NCBI GenBank assembly: GCA_044892505.1
Contig: CM097883.1
Span: 190,092,001-190,156,000 of the forward strand
DNA: 64,000 nucleotides
Direction: 5' to 3'
Source of the DNA: Schmidtea nova
Lineage: Eukaryota
The translations under genes were made by a program, and so were the position numbers. Positions within the stretch are counted from its first letter, which is position 1; the number at the start of each line of letters is the position of its first letter. Under the pieces are notes generated by a model that was not told where the DNA came from, ran no database searches, and was given only the letters and a program-made list of their open reading frames with translations. Below are positions 13,301 to 28,300 of the stretch, in pieces.

Positions 13301-16300
13301 CCAGACTTAGTGTAATTATGACCACAGTAATAGCCTCCCATAATTTTAAATATTAAATTCTATGGATAAATATTTAAAGTGAGTTGTTAGAATGATTTAA
13401 ATTTAAGTCATAAATAATGGAGATTAAAAATAAGTTTTTATCAATTTAAAATGAATTTAAGACAAAAATAATTAAAAATAAAAATAAGTTTTTAATTGTA
13501 AAATATAACTTTAAATAAAAAAATTAATTCGATTTGGATTTTAATATTGAATTCTTCTGACAAATTGTTTTGAGATTTTTTGATTCAATGCCAAAAAGTT
13601 TGTTTAAATATTAAACATTATTATGGTAATTAATACAATTTGGAATATGAGTTCACTTATTGAAGATGTTTTTCAAAACAATTTACAATATATTCTAGTA
13701 ACTTGTAACATGAATCATTAAATTATTTCGAAAATTAATATATTGATTAAATTAATTTCCTGAATCATTAAATTATTTCGAAAATCAATATATTGATTAA
13801 ATTAATTTACTGAATCATTAAATTATTTCTTAAATCAATATATTGATCAAATTAGTTTTCTGAATCATTAAATTATTTTAAAAATTAATATATTAATCAA
13901 AAAAAATTTTTTGATCAATGTACATATTAATCAATTTCAAAATAAATTATTAGCAAATTAAATTTTTAATGAAATTTGAATTGGTATTCTTTTGTAATAT
14001 CACATTATTAATTAATTTACCTTGAAACTATTAATTTTCTATCCGAGTTTGTTACAAAACATTTTCTATATATTAATATCCGTTTAAAAGGTAGAGGGTT
14101 TGGAATTTGTCAAAAAATGGTACAAGACATCAAGCAGACTTATTAAATGAACAACACATTTGGAATTTGAAAAAATAATACGGTAGTGAAACGGAATATT
14201 ATATCTGACCCGTGGTTTAATAATGAGGATAAATTTAGGCGTGCGATTTATAGTTCGAATTTATTGGTCATTAAATGAAACTTACTCGAGTTCCTCATCA
14301 CATTCTGGCCATTTTTCGACAGAAGGCACATCGTGGGTTTCAGTTTTCATATTATTTGAAGAACTAAAACAATTCGGATATTTCTAAAAAACATATTTCT
14401 TTTTATATTACCCATCGTCGTAATTTTCTTCACGATCGCTTCCTTTTTGTCTCCAAGATTCACCACGACCTCTCCTCATACCTCTTCCTCTAGACCTACC
14501 GCGACCACCTCTAAACTCTCTGTTTTCCATATTTTCATCAAAATAACCGATTTTATTGTTTTCAAAATCATTTTCATTACTAAAAAAATAATATTAATAA
14601 AAATAAAATAAAACTGTGATTTTCATTCCAGTGAATTCAATGGGGAAATATTTTAAATTTACCAAAAAAATAATGCATTTGAGATTCTTAAAATTAAAAA
14701 TTGTTTTATTACTATAAACTTTAGAAAGAAATTTTAGATTAATTGAAAATAATATTTGAATTTGAAAGGCTGTTTCAATGTAACTTTTTTTGTGTCAAAT
14801 CTCAATTTGAGTCACATTTTGTATTCAAATATATCATCATTTTTTGGATAAAAATCAAAATGGTAATTACATGGTACGTTCAATAAGTACCCGACGAAAC
14901 GGCCAAAAAACAATATTCAAAATTCCAATTTTTAATGGTTATGTTAAGATTTAGAAATCTAAATGTTAATATTTAGATTTTTGAAATAAGTTTGTTGTTT
15001 TAATAATTGTTTTAGTTGGTGAATAAATATTTAAATTGGAAGTTAGTATTTTTTTTTGAAATAATGATAAACGATTTAAAGAAACTCCATAACTGGCGAC
15101 ACCGCCGAAAATATCGATGCAGTAACTAGAGGACAAACTAAATGTTTTCTAGAATTACTTTCGAAACAAGCTCGTAGCATGCTTGACTTCAATGTTGTAA
15201 TTACGATGGAAGAAGTACTACAGAAGAAGAAACGTGGGTACAAGACATTGTTGAATGACTGCAAATAGAAAACCAGAGCCTAAGATGTGCCTTCAATATA
15301 TTATTGAAGGACGAAGCTTCCATTTTATCGAAATCTGTTAAAGAAAGTTGTACAACACATGATAAAGCAAAAAACTGGTTTAATGGCGTCTTTACCATTA
15401 ACAAGACCGTAATAAAACAAATAATGGATTTGGGTTCAATTTGACAAGAACCTAACTAGAGATTCGCAACCTTTGAGATAAAAGTGCACAATCTTGTCAA
15501 AGCAGTATTTAATTCTGGATTGTCTGAAGAAGATATTGTTCGTGATGTCATATCTCATAAAGTGCACGAAGATAGAGTTAAAGAAATTCTCCTGACAAAA
15601 CCAGGAATGAAAATGGATGAAATTCGATCTACAGCAAAAGTATTCGAAAATATCGCTATATCGAAATTATTCCAATGTACTGAGAAGAGGAACTAATAAT
15701 AAACAAGATGATTCTTTTAATACTCGACTCAGATACCAGCAGAATAAATTTGATAAACGTCCTCAATATATTAATGGAGATGAGTTTATTGACGTTTGTA
15801 AAAAAATTATCGACAAGATGCAGTACGGAAGAAGCCCAGTGTCATTGAAAAGTATTGCAACTGTATGATCGAATTATTTTAGTTGAAAAATTAAACCCGA
15901 GTTCATTGAAGAAGTGAATACAATGGAATTATCTGAAATGAAACTTCTGGAGATAAACAAAATTGAAGCTGACTTAGCCAATCAAAATTACTCAGATTTG
16001 AAACGAGCTGAAAGGACTATGACGTTTTTAAACAAGAAAGAGAATCCCGACACAAGGAATCTGATATCGAAATTTGGGTATATTTTTATGACATCTAAAT
16101 TTGATCTTGGATTTACAAGTTTGGTGCTTCATGAAATGAAAATTAACGGAGGACTAATCATGCATGACCCTAGAAGACAACCTATGCACGTTGAGAAGAA
16201 AATAGACGACCTTATCAAAGTATTAATTAAAGCAAAAGTCATTCGTAAATGTAAAGGCCCATGGAATACAAAGAAAGACAGAAACATCAGAATGTGCGTG

Positions 16301-19300
16301 GATTACAGAGGCCTAAATTCAATTACGGAAAAAGAGTCTTTCCAGATGCATGATACGCAATATTTGTTAAACTATTTAGCAGATTCAAAATATTTCTCGT
16401 CTATCGACTTGGGAAAAGCATACTATCAAGTCGGTGTAGTTACAGAAATTCAAGAATTAACCGATTTTAGTACTAAAAAAGGACAGTTTTGTTTCAACAG
16501 ATTATCATAATTAGCAATTACCATGATTAGCAACGGCCCCAGCAATATTTCAAAGGCTAGTGAATGCATTACTAAATGGTATTATTTTTAAAGGAGTTAT
16601 TGTGTTATATTTTAATTTATGGGAAAACTAAAACTGAACACGATATAATGCTAAAAACAGTTCTCGATAGAATTTAAGATGCATGTTTAAAGATCAACCC
16701 GGAGAAAATGGATTAGACAAGAGTTATTTTTTCTTGGACACATGTTAAGCGCAAATAGAATCCGGGCGAATGATAAAAAATTTAAGAAATCAAAAATGCA
16801 AATATACCACAATGTGCCAAGTAGTTACGATCTTTCTGGAGCATGACAAATTATTATAGAAGATTCATTTAAGATTACGCAAAAATGAAGCTCCGCTTTA
16901 TCATGCAATAACAGGATGCGAGAAGAAAATTTCATGGACAAAAGAATGCAAAGATGTCTTTCAGACTCTCAAGAACAAATTGTGTGACGCTCCAATATCG
17001 GACTATCCAATGTAAAACCGAACCTTTATACTATATACGGATGCCAGTTTCAGTGTTATTGGAGCAGTTTTAAGACAGTTGAAAGAGAATGGAACCGAGA
17101 CAGTCATAGTGTATGGATCTAGACATTTATCAGCTCATGAAAAAGGATACTGTGTCACAAGAAAAGAGCTACTTGCTATACACGAATATGTAAGCTATTT
17201 CAAGCAATATCTGTATGGGAAAAGATTTGTAGTGCGAACAGATCACAGAGCGTTAATATTTATGAATACAACAAAACAAGAAATTAGCTCATAATTTCAA
17301 ACCTGGATGGCAAATTGATTAGAACATAACTTTGAATTAAGATATTAAAAGATCATTCGAATGAAAATGTATTATCCAGGATAAAGTGAATGATATGTGC
17401 ACAATGTCAAACGAGACACAAAAATGCTAAATAAAGTAAATCCATAGTTAAACACATCTGCATTATCCAGAAAACAGAAACAAGTAACAGAAAGGCAAGA
17501 AAAGGATGCAGTTTCAGAAAATTTAGGAATACCTCGATGATGCAAGTTCACATATGATAACTTTCGATCCAAAAGATTATCTTTACAAACTAAGGAATGA
17601 CTTGAAAGTGGATGATAACTTTCGAATGATCAAAAAGAAGGACTGGATTATATTACTTAAAATTATTTTTCATTGGCCACACATACACGCCACCATCAGA
17701 GAATGCCTACAGAAATGTGCGAAATTTGCTAAGCGGAAAATAAATCAAGAGCAGACTAAAGAGATTCTAATACTGCGAACAAGTACAGAGTTTTTGGATC
17801 AGATAGTTATCGACATTGCTTATATGAAATCACTGACAACAAAGAAATATGTAGTAGTAACAATAGATCGATTTACCAAACTAGTAAGTCTAACGGCCAC
17901 CACAATTAACAAAATCTTGCTGAATCAGTGTATATACAAATTTGGAAAACCTAAAAGTATATTAACAGATAGAGGAATGAATTTTGTAAGCACATTTTGG
18001 AAGGAAAAATTAGAATTATTTTATATTCTTCAAGAGTTTAGTTCTCTTTACCAACATCAATCAAATGGTCTTGCCAAGCGAACAATAAGGACAATAAGAG
18101 ATCTAATAACCACATCTTAGGCTGGAGGTAGTGAAGAGAAGAATTGGTTAGATATTTTACTTAAGATTGAATTTTTTATCAATTCAACACAACAGAATAC
18201 CATGGGTTATTCTTCGTTTGAAATTATTTATGGGAGGAAAATAAATCTCAAATATTCAAATATTTCTTCGCCAGTAAATCCAATCCAAGATATTATCGAA
18301 ACATTTAGATAAAACTCAAAAAATGATGCTGAAAAGATGACGAATACAGATCTAAATAAGCGCGGTACACGATATTTTGAGATCGGGGATGAAGTGCTTG
18401 TTCGTAAAGTGAAAAAAAGAACAAAAGATGGGATGCTATATGAAGGACCCTAAAAAATAAAGAAATTTATATCAGCACATCAAGTGGAATTAGAAGACAA
18501 AAACACTATTAAACAACACAGAATAGAAAGGCTAAAGTGGCATGGTGCTTAAGGAAGGGGAGAGTTATGTTAATATTTAAAAATCTAAATGTTAATATTT
18601 AGATTTTTGAAATAAGTTTGTTGTTTTAATAATTGTTTTTGTTGGTGAATAAATATTTAATTTGGAAGTTTGTTTTTTTGAGATAATGATAATAACTTTA
18701 ATATATGTAATTTGTCAAAGTTATGACTTCTGAAGCGTAGTATCGCAGTGTAATCAAGTTCTTCGTTTTGCAGAAGAAAACTTATAGTAAAATCTTTGAC
18801 TTGTTGTAGGCGACCTCGGTGAGTACTGTTAAATATTTGTTGAGATAGTTCAAAGGAGGGCACACCTCAGTTTTTAATATAAAAAAAGCCTAGCCATTAG
18901 TAATTTTGCCATCAGCTGTAGGAAAAATTAAAGAAATTAATCTACGAAAAGTATCAAATTATCACGAGTATGCTGTCAGCGCATCTAAATATCTGTGTTG
19001 GCACTGTCCATGCAAAATTGAAGTCTTTTGGTCTCAGAAAACTCTATTCCAGATTCGTCTTTCACTTGACTGGAGAAATGGTGAAGACGATTTGAGAACT
19101 GCAAGAGCGATCTGCGACAGTGGGAACAACATTGTGAGCATTTCTTTGCAAATTTAATAACGTGAGTCAGAAGAGTGGAAATTCACTGGTAATAAACCTA
19201 CCTTGAAATCTAGATCAGGATCAAGTCATGGACGAGCTATGATGCTTTTCATTGTTTGGATTCAAAAAGGCATAATTTTTAATTCTGACAGACAAAGGTG

Positions 19301-22300
19301 TCACAGTCAATTTTGTCTATTATAGTCAATATGTGTAAACTGCCAAGAACAAAAGAATAAAGGCAAAGAACAAATCACTCTGGTTCCTGCAATACAATGC
19401 CCCAGTGCATATAACAGGTGTTTCTCAAAACACAATTGAAGCTTCCGGTCTGGTGCTTGTGGATCACCTTCCATACAGCTCTGATCTTAACCAATTTATT
19501 TCTGGCTTTGCCGACACCCCAAGAAACATTTATTATGGAGAATGTTAGCAACAAAGAAGGATCTGAAGACTGCCATGCAGAATTTCTTTTTTATGTGCTT
19601 CTCCGATTTCTTTAAAAATGCCTTTTCTGAACTGGTTTTACATTGGCAGAAATGGGTGGACTGAAATGGCAGTTATGTTGAAAAAAGTACCTATAAATGT
19701 TGGTGTTCATTCATATAGAAATTGTAGTTAATAGAACATTGTTTTTTGTCTTAGATCGGATACTTATTGAACGCATTACGTATGTCTTTTATTGTAAATC
19801 CATAATAAAAACTTTAAAAAATTCAAGGCTACTATTAATTTTATCCTAATATATAAAAAACTGGCGTATACCGTCGCGATATGACTCTGAGACACAAATG
19901 AGATATACATTTATTTTCATCATTTTCATTAAATATATTTATGAATTACACTAAAGATAATGTTAAAATTTTGTTGTTAAGAAATGGCAAAAACAAACTC
20001 AGTAGAAATTCTAGGATAAAATATGTTGATATACGAAAGAGGAATCCTGTGATACATTCTTTAGCAATCCGATATAATGTTCATGTATGGAGAAATCTAG
20101 ATTTACTGAGTTATCTCGTTATTTAACTTTTGACAATAAAGCAAGTAATATGACACTCACAAAATACAGCGTTTTTCATAGATTCTTTAAAAATAAAAAC
20201 CAATATTATAAAGTTTTAGTGAGCGTATTATAAAAATATACATATATATAATAATAAATTAAGTTTTCGATAAAAATTTTGATTTTTAACAGTTTTCTTT
20301 AGATGTAATATGTGTTGTAGAGTCACAACATGACGGTGGTTAAAATAAGTATAATAAAATAGCAGGAAAAGGTCTAAAGTTACATGATATAACACAAAAT
20401 AGCAAAGTATATTTTATTATTCTGAAAAGTTTTACACTGATTTACTAAATCTATATTTGATGACTTATCTTATTTGTGTGTATTAACGAATATAAACAAC
20501 TATTTAATTTAAAAAAATAAAATCCAAAAATTATCCAGGAAATACAAAATTTCAATTCCAATCCAATTTCAAATTTTCAGAATGATATCATTATATATGT
20601 ACATAATGCCAAATTAGGCAATTGTGCCGCTGTCAACAAAATTCAGCAAGGCTATTTTGTGCGATAGATAAAAAATATCAAAATCATTAATAAAGATTTA
20701 ATATAAAATTGAAATGGTTGCAAATAATACCTACAATTACAAGTCTTAAAAAATCGAAAACATTATGCACTTAGGATACCGTATCATTTTGCCAGACCTT
20801 AAATGAATAAATTCATTAAGTAGTATATATAACAGTAATCCATTCTAAAAATAAGAATTTTTTTATTCAAGCGAACTGTACATAACATTGCTAATCCACA
20901 ACCTACCATCATGAAATGAAAATCTGTTTGATTTGCAAGAGTTCAACTAAAAATGAAAGCTAAAAGTTTGTTGATGAATATAAATTTTTCTTAACAAAAT
21001 CTTAAAAAGGAAGTATTCTAAGATTTGACAGCTGTAAACAATGAGGGGAGTAAAAAATTGCCTAAAATTTAAAAAAAATAGTTGTATTATTTGAAAATTT
21101 CTCTGTTTTTGAAGTGTCGAAGTGTTTACAAAAATTGTATAGAAAGATTAATAAGGAATCTTTAAAAAAATATAGAATAATAATAATAAACTGACAAATC
21201 ATTAACATCTATTATTTTCACTCTTTGATATTTTTTCTATTTCTGAAATTTTAATTTTTTTTATAAAGACTGGATCAAATTTTATTGAAAGAACACGAAT
21301 TTTCTGCACAGCCTTTTTCAAAAAACACTTGAAAACATCTATGTCGGAAATTTGTGTACTTCTAAATAAAATTTGATGTGTAGTCTTAATAATAAATAAT
21401 GAAAATTTCTGAAACTGACAAATAACGTACGTCAAGAGTGTAGATGTTTATACTGACTACGCGTAAGATATTTAGAATAGACTAGATGTCCAATGTTACT
21501 GTACAAACTTTTTGAAATAGAATAAAGCAACTCAATCTTCAATCTTTTCCAAAACTAGTCATTTAAAAAATTGTTTTGTGCCATACCAGTAGCAGTTGCT
21601 CAAGCAGAACACTGTTTAATCGGTATTTCAAAAGATTAAGATGTGCTAAGGTGAAAATGAATAAAAATCGATTTTATTACTAATTTTTGAGCCGTTGATT
21701 TATATTTATAATAATCCAAAGACTAATATTATTTATTAAAAATATAAAAATACATAGTAATAAGTTTTTGATTAAATAGTTCCAAGTAATTTTGAGAAAA
21801 ATTACTAACTAGTTTAGAGAAAAAAATAATTAACCTATCCAATACCTATGAAGTATAAATTCGATATGACTAAAGCTTTTCAAAATACCATTTTACTTAA
21901 AATATTAAAAAAGAAAATTTTTTATTCATATTAAACTTATGACATTATCCACTATTGATAAAGCTAACATGCCAGTTAGAGTCACACTTTTCGAATAGCA
22001 TTAAAACGTCAAGGTTAATATAAATTAAATAAATTTGTTATTTAATCATCAAATATTTATATCCGTTAATCAATAAAAATAGATTTAAGGTACCAGTCCT
22101 GTTTTTGATGTAATATGATTGAGCTAAATGAAAACAATTTTTTTCATTCAATGTCAGTTGACGTGTGGGTTGCTAAAGTTCTGCATCAAATGACAAAAAA
22201 TGTGAAAAATAATTAATTTGATTCAAATTAGTTCAATTTAATAATATTTAGGGATGGGTATTATTAATTGCTTATTAATAATATTCTTATTAATTTTATT

Positions 22301-25300
22301 AATAATATTCTTATTAATTTTATTAATAATTTTTTTAACAGCCCTTATGACTGATCCTAATTCTTTTCCGAAAAAGAAAAAGCGTCGAAGAAGAAGTTCT
22401 GTATGGTTAAACTTTAAGGAAATTGGAGATGATCAGGCAGTGTATAAAATGTGGCTTCAAGAGAGCTTCATGAGCATCATGAACTTATGAAATCCACGTA
22501 CTCAAGAAGAATCTACAGGCGATATTTTAAATCGGTTGATTTTTGAAGATGGACTCCCAATTTCATTTTTAGAATCACAAAATTTTAGAGAAATTGTGAA
22601 GAGACTAGATTTTGATTTTTGTATCTCGTCACGAAAAGAATTTACAGTCGAAATTTTACCTAGGATTTATGATGATGTAGTGTTACAAATTAAAGAAAAA
22701 ATTCAAAATAATGATTACATTAATTTTACGACCGATACTTGGACTTCCAGTTCGAACGAGACTTATATGAGCAAAACTTGTCATTTTATTTATAGTAGTT
22801 TTCAATACCATAATTATTTACTATCAATCATTCTTCTCTGAAAAACATACATCCGACAATGTAACTGAAAAATTTAGTGAGATTTTAGATATATGGAATT
22901 GCGGATCTAAAATTGTCTCTGTGATTCACGACACAGCCCCAAACGTTCTAAAGGAGTTTAGTAACAAAGAATATTATAGTCTAAAATGTTTTGCACATGT
23001 CTTACAGTTATGTGTTGTGCATTCCTTAAAAAATGTTAGAATATAAACAATACTTATAAAGATAAGATGTGTTTTTGGTCATTTGTCCCATTGTTCCACA
23101 GCCTCGAACATGCTTCAACTATTAAAATGGCTTAATTTTTGGTTTTAGGGGTAATTTAACAAGCGGCTCACCGAGTTTCAAAAATTTTAACAACCGGCTC
23201 GCGCGAGCCGAACCGAGCCGGCTCCAACTCACCCCTGGTTATATTAGACTTTTGCTTTTTATCAATCGCTTAACACGTTGACTGTCACGGTATTTTTCAA
23301 GATTCCGGTCTAAGAAGCCAATTTAGTTTAATCATATAATAAAACTACAAGTTATTTCGTAGTTGGCGTCCTAGGCATAATTGCAAACCACGAGTTATTT
23401 CGTAGTTTAAGGGAAAAAATGAGTTAAATCGAAATATCTTTTTAATGTATAATGTTGTAAAAATTAATGAATTTTAATAAATATTGTCATTTAAATTAAT
23501 CTTTCGAAATATCGATGTTTAATTAATGTGTTTGTTTGAATATTTCAGTTTTATCTTTTGATAATGTGAGGGAAATTTAAAATGTATTTTTTAAAAAGGT
23601 TTTTGTGATTTAAAATTAAAATTTTGATAATTGTTCTTTCTTCGTTTTGATTTTTAATATTTTAGGTTTCTAAGTTAAAGAAAAGACGGAAAACGATATT
23701 TTTGATTTTGAATATTGATATTGAATATTGTATCTGTCAAGCAGCATTTGCTGGAGAAGATGGTCTACGAACTGTGTTCCAATCGATCACTGACCGACCA
23801 AGATAGCAAGACATTATGGTTGACATTGGACAAAATGATTGTTATGGAAGTAATAAGGCTCAGTCTGAGAAGGATTTTAACTTTGAAATACTCTGGTACA
23901 CCACATGTTTACAAATATGGATAATATTGAAAAGTTCTGGTATCATATCTTGTAAAATAAACTTAGATAAGCTGCAGAAGAACATTCAGTTTTGTTTACG
24001 AAAATACTGTTGAATTCAAATGCCAATAGAGAAAAGGTGTTTCAAATATTGTTCGAAACTTTCAATGCTCCAGCTATGTACGTTTCCATTTAAGCTGTGT
24101 TATCCTACGAGAGAATATTTACGATCAATCATTGGTAACAGAGCCCAGTTCCCATCGGGAGCCATACACAATTTATGGATATGATTTCCCAGTCGAGCGA
24201 CCTTCCACCATTTACCATTCTCATCACACTAAAGTTTACATAAATTTTACAATTATTTTTATCATATATGGAATAGGAAAATGAGGAGTAGAGCAGCACA
24301 AAAAATGTATGATACCAGCAATCAAGGAACTAATAATATTCCAGTTAACGGTTGGAGAACTTGTTCATCGAGAAAAAGTTAATGGAATTTCTGAACTGTT
24401 AGTATTTTGTAAATATTGTGATTTTTTATTCGAAGAGCATTGAAGAGGTTCTTCGACCCAAAAGAAAGAGTTGATAAATTGAAACACGATTCAGATGCAG
24501 GAAATTTCTCATTGATTTAAACAGTATGATAGCGGAGTGTGTAATGTCCAACAAGGAAAATAATAAAAAGTATTCCTTTCAGATATTTGTGAAAACGCTA
24601 CCAGGAATAACAGTCACTATTGGCATAGAAGCCGGTCATACAATTAAAAATGCCAAAACAAATATTCAAGAAAAAGAAGAAAAATATTGATATTTGCTAG
24701 AAACAAATATAAGATAAAAGAATGAAATTAATTAATAAATAAGTAACAAAATAAGCCTTTGCTGCAAAAATAATAATTTTATTAAGTGAGAAAATTATTA
24801 TTTTTGCAGCAAAGGCTTATTTTGTTACTTATTTATTAATTAATTTAATACTTAATGCTGCTACCAAGGAATCACCATTTTATACGATAAAAGAATGTTG
24901 TCCAATAATAATATTCCAAATGATTCAACACTGTATTTGGTAATAGGGCATATGGAGGGAATGATGAAGAAGCCTTAAGAGACCGAGTGGGAAAAAGAAG
25001 ATCCCTTAAGTTAAAAATGTCCAGGAAACGCAGGAATATTATGGTAGAAATATTTTCAAACGATGCCTTTCAGTTAATGAATGAATTCAAAGAGGAAAAC
25101 GCAGCTACAATACTTACAACGGAAATTAGCGTGATTGATGAGGACTTGTTGAAAGCTGAAATTGAAGAATATCCACTGATAAAAGTAAAAGAACGACTGA
25201 TAAACTAGACAAAATTCATTCGTTCATCAAATTTGCATCAATATTAGGATTTATCATATGAATTTGCATGTCAATGTGTTTAAAATGTGCAACTTTCAAA

Positions 25301-28300
25301 TCAGGTGTCAAATAAAACGGAAAATTATTAAATAATATAAGAAGTCTACACCAATATACAAATGACGATTGACTCAAAAGCTGGTATTCATTTAAAGATC
25401 TTGATGTATCTATAGTAGGATACAAGCAAAATTACCAATCAATAACTGCAGAAATAACTTGCAGAAATTTCTGATCAATAAGAAAAGTTAAGTGTTTCAT
25501 AAAAAGAAAAGTACGCTAACATGTAAAATTAGAGAAGTTGGATTGAAAAAATGGTTCATCCTCCCTAGTTGCCCAACCTAGGATTATGTTTAGGAATTAA
25601 CAAAATTATAATTAAATTGAATTTAGAAGATAAAAAAAGGCTAAAAAATCCGTAATATAAGTTTAATCATATCTTTAACCTTCAGTCTGTGCATAGTAAA
25701 TTTTCCATGGTCTGTGCAAAGGTGTCAATCTTACCCCATATATATTTTGTAAGAATATATAATATTTTTCGATATCCTTTTTAGCAATGCATGTGTAATA
25801 CCAGAGCTGAGGCAATTATAGTTGTCTAGCATATTTATTTGGTGTGAAACTTATTGAGTCGCATATTACAATGACTGGGGTCCAGTCAACCCCAAATTCA
25901 CAGACTTTACATGCAAGTATTGCCAAGAGTCACCAAAAGCTCTCGTTACATTCAAAATTTTCAAACGGATACCATTGAATTTGATAATGTAGAAATAATT
26001 TATGAAAGGCCAGCACCAATCGAAAAATAAAATGAAATTCTTACATCTATTAAAAATAACCAATAGGCAATATTTCATAAAAAAAGTTTGCAGATGCATC
26101 AATTGTATTCCATGAGAAAATTACAGTCGCAAATGAGAAAATTAAACGCGAGGAGTATAGAAGTAAAGCTTCAAAACCAAAAGTTCAGCTCATGATTTCT
26201 TTAAATAGAGTTGAAAACGGATTTTTATAATTTTCTTGCTTACGTATTGTACGTAAAAATATAGATAAAAAATATTCTTGAAAGTATTAACATTCATAAA
26301 AGTTTGCGATTCCTATTAAAGATCATTTTGTTTTATAGAAGAATTTTTGAAACAGTTTTCTCACATATGAAAACAGACCAAAGGTGAAAAATATCTTACT
26401 AATATTAAAAGAAACTTGAATATAACTCCATGAATATTTTCTCGATTGTTTAAAATAATTAATGAAAAATATTTTTAAAATACTTAAGCGAAAATAGACC
26501 AATTGAATAAAGGATCAACTATTATTTTATATAGAAAAAGATGAATATAATTGATATTAAAGAATTTAGATTAACGTGGTATTTTTTATGCAATTTAATT
26601 ATAGATATTTTACTTTCTAAATGAAATACATTATTGAAAATAACGATTTCATTTACACAGTGGATATTTACCATGTTGAAACAACTTGTGTGTACCAAGT
26701 TTTGTTAGGTTGATATTATGAAAAAAATTTACGAATATGCATTCGGCTGAAAGTCAATAATTCTAGTGCTTAATTCTTAAGATTAAAATCATTTACTTTC
26801 ATCACCCTTGATTTTTTTATTAAACCCCTTACTGAATGACTTTTTTGTGGTCAAAAATAAATTTTTAATTTTAAACTTAATTTTTCATAAATATACAGAA
26901 CATGACAAAAAATTCTTAATTGAAGTAGTGGAACGGGGTGAAAATTATCAAGAATTTGTCCGTCAAATGGGTATACCAGTATTTGACAGCTGGTTTTTAT
27001 TACAACATAATTTTAGTTGCATTTATAGGATGTAGCTGATGCCCTACAGTATAAGGGGTTAAGGTTTCGATAATTTTTATTCTTTTAGATAATATATCAA
27101 ATTATTTTTAATTGACACAAATTTTAGGAATTTCTTTTTTTTCACGTGTTACAACAAGTGAAATAACACTTGAAAAAAGGAAATGTCAAAAATTTTTGAT
27201 AAATGGGAAAATGTCCGATTTATAATCTCATATTAATCTGAAAATAAATGAAATAATTCTATTTCTTAAATTTTTATTAATTTTTTTTAACATTAAGACT
27301 ATAAATCAAAATTTTTTTCAAAATGTATCACGGATTTTTAGTATTGCCTTTTTACTTATATTTTTTCAGTGTTTAAAAATAATAATGAAATAATTCTTAA
27401 TTAAGAATGCTGTCAAAGAATATTATAGATATTCGAAACATAAATTGCTCATTTGTAGAAACTTTATTTAATATAAAATCATTAACTAATCTCTTTGGAC
27501 ATATATTTTATTATTCGAATAAAGTTATATTTATAATAATAGGATAAAGTTAACTATTTCTAAGAGATTCACATGAATACAAGCCTGTCAAGATTAAGTA
27601 AAATTGATATTGCTGTAATGCAATGATTTCCAAACTTGTAATATTGAATTAACAAATATAGAATAAAGCTAGATCTGGAGATAATTTATTACAAAATATT
27701 TATTTCAACAAATCTAGTTGGAAGGATGAAACTGATACATTTACAAGAAATGGAATCTTTGTTTCAAGGTTTTTTAGATTTTTATTTCTTAAATCACCAT
27801 TTTTAGGAGTTTTAATAGTCATTTAGTAATTTTTCATTATAGCAATACAGAAAAGGATAAAATAATTTAAATTAGATTATTGCATAAAAAATATTATTCT
27901 TTTTATTATAGCCAATATTTTTTATCAATTTCGAAATTAAAAAATAGCCTCGAGAAGAAATATTTGTTAAAATTATATTTCAATTTATTGTTAGAGTATT
28001 TTTTGGTATTAGATTTTAATTTTATATATTTGCTATGTTACTTTGAAGCAATTTGCATTATTCAATTTTAAAGAGACTCTTAATTTAGAAGTTATCAGCA
28101 AAATAATGACAATTCAAAACAAAGGATAGTGAATGCGATATAATCGCGGCTAACACTGCGACCAAGTCTACAAACCTATTGATAGACAGGATGTTTCCAG
28201 AAAGATTCCGAGTAGATGACGATCTGGATGAATTTATTTAACTGCCAGACGTTTTTTAATGTAACAAAGATATCAGTTAAGATGCAAATGATATTGGTAA

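Noticed and set aside
20300-21450. Possible nested minus-strand gene fragments in the large intron
   Set aside because: No coherent spliced frame or motif could be built.
26890-27035. Tc1-like HTH fragment ([29 protein letters not shown])
   Set aside because: Plausible, but too short, and no TIR or catalytic domain was identified.
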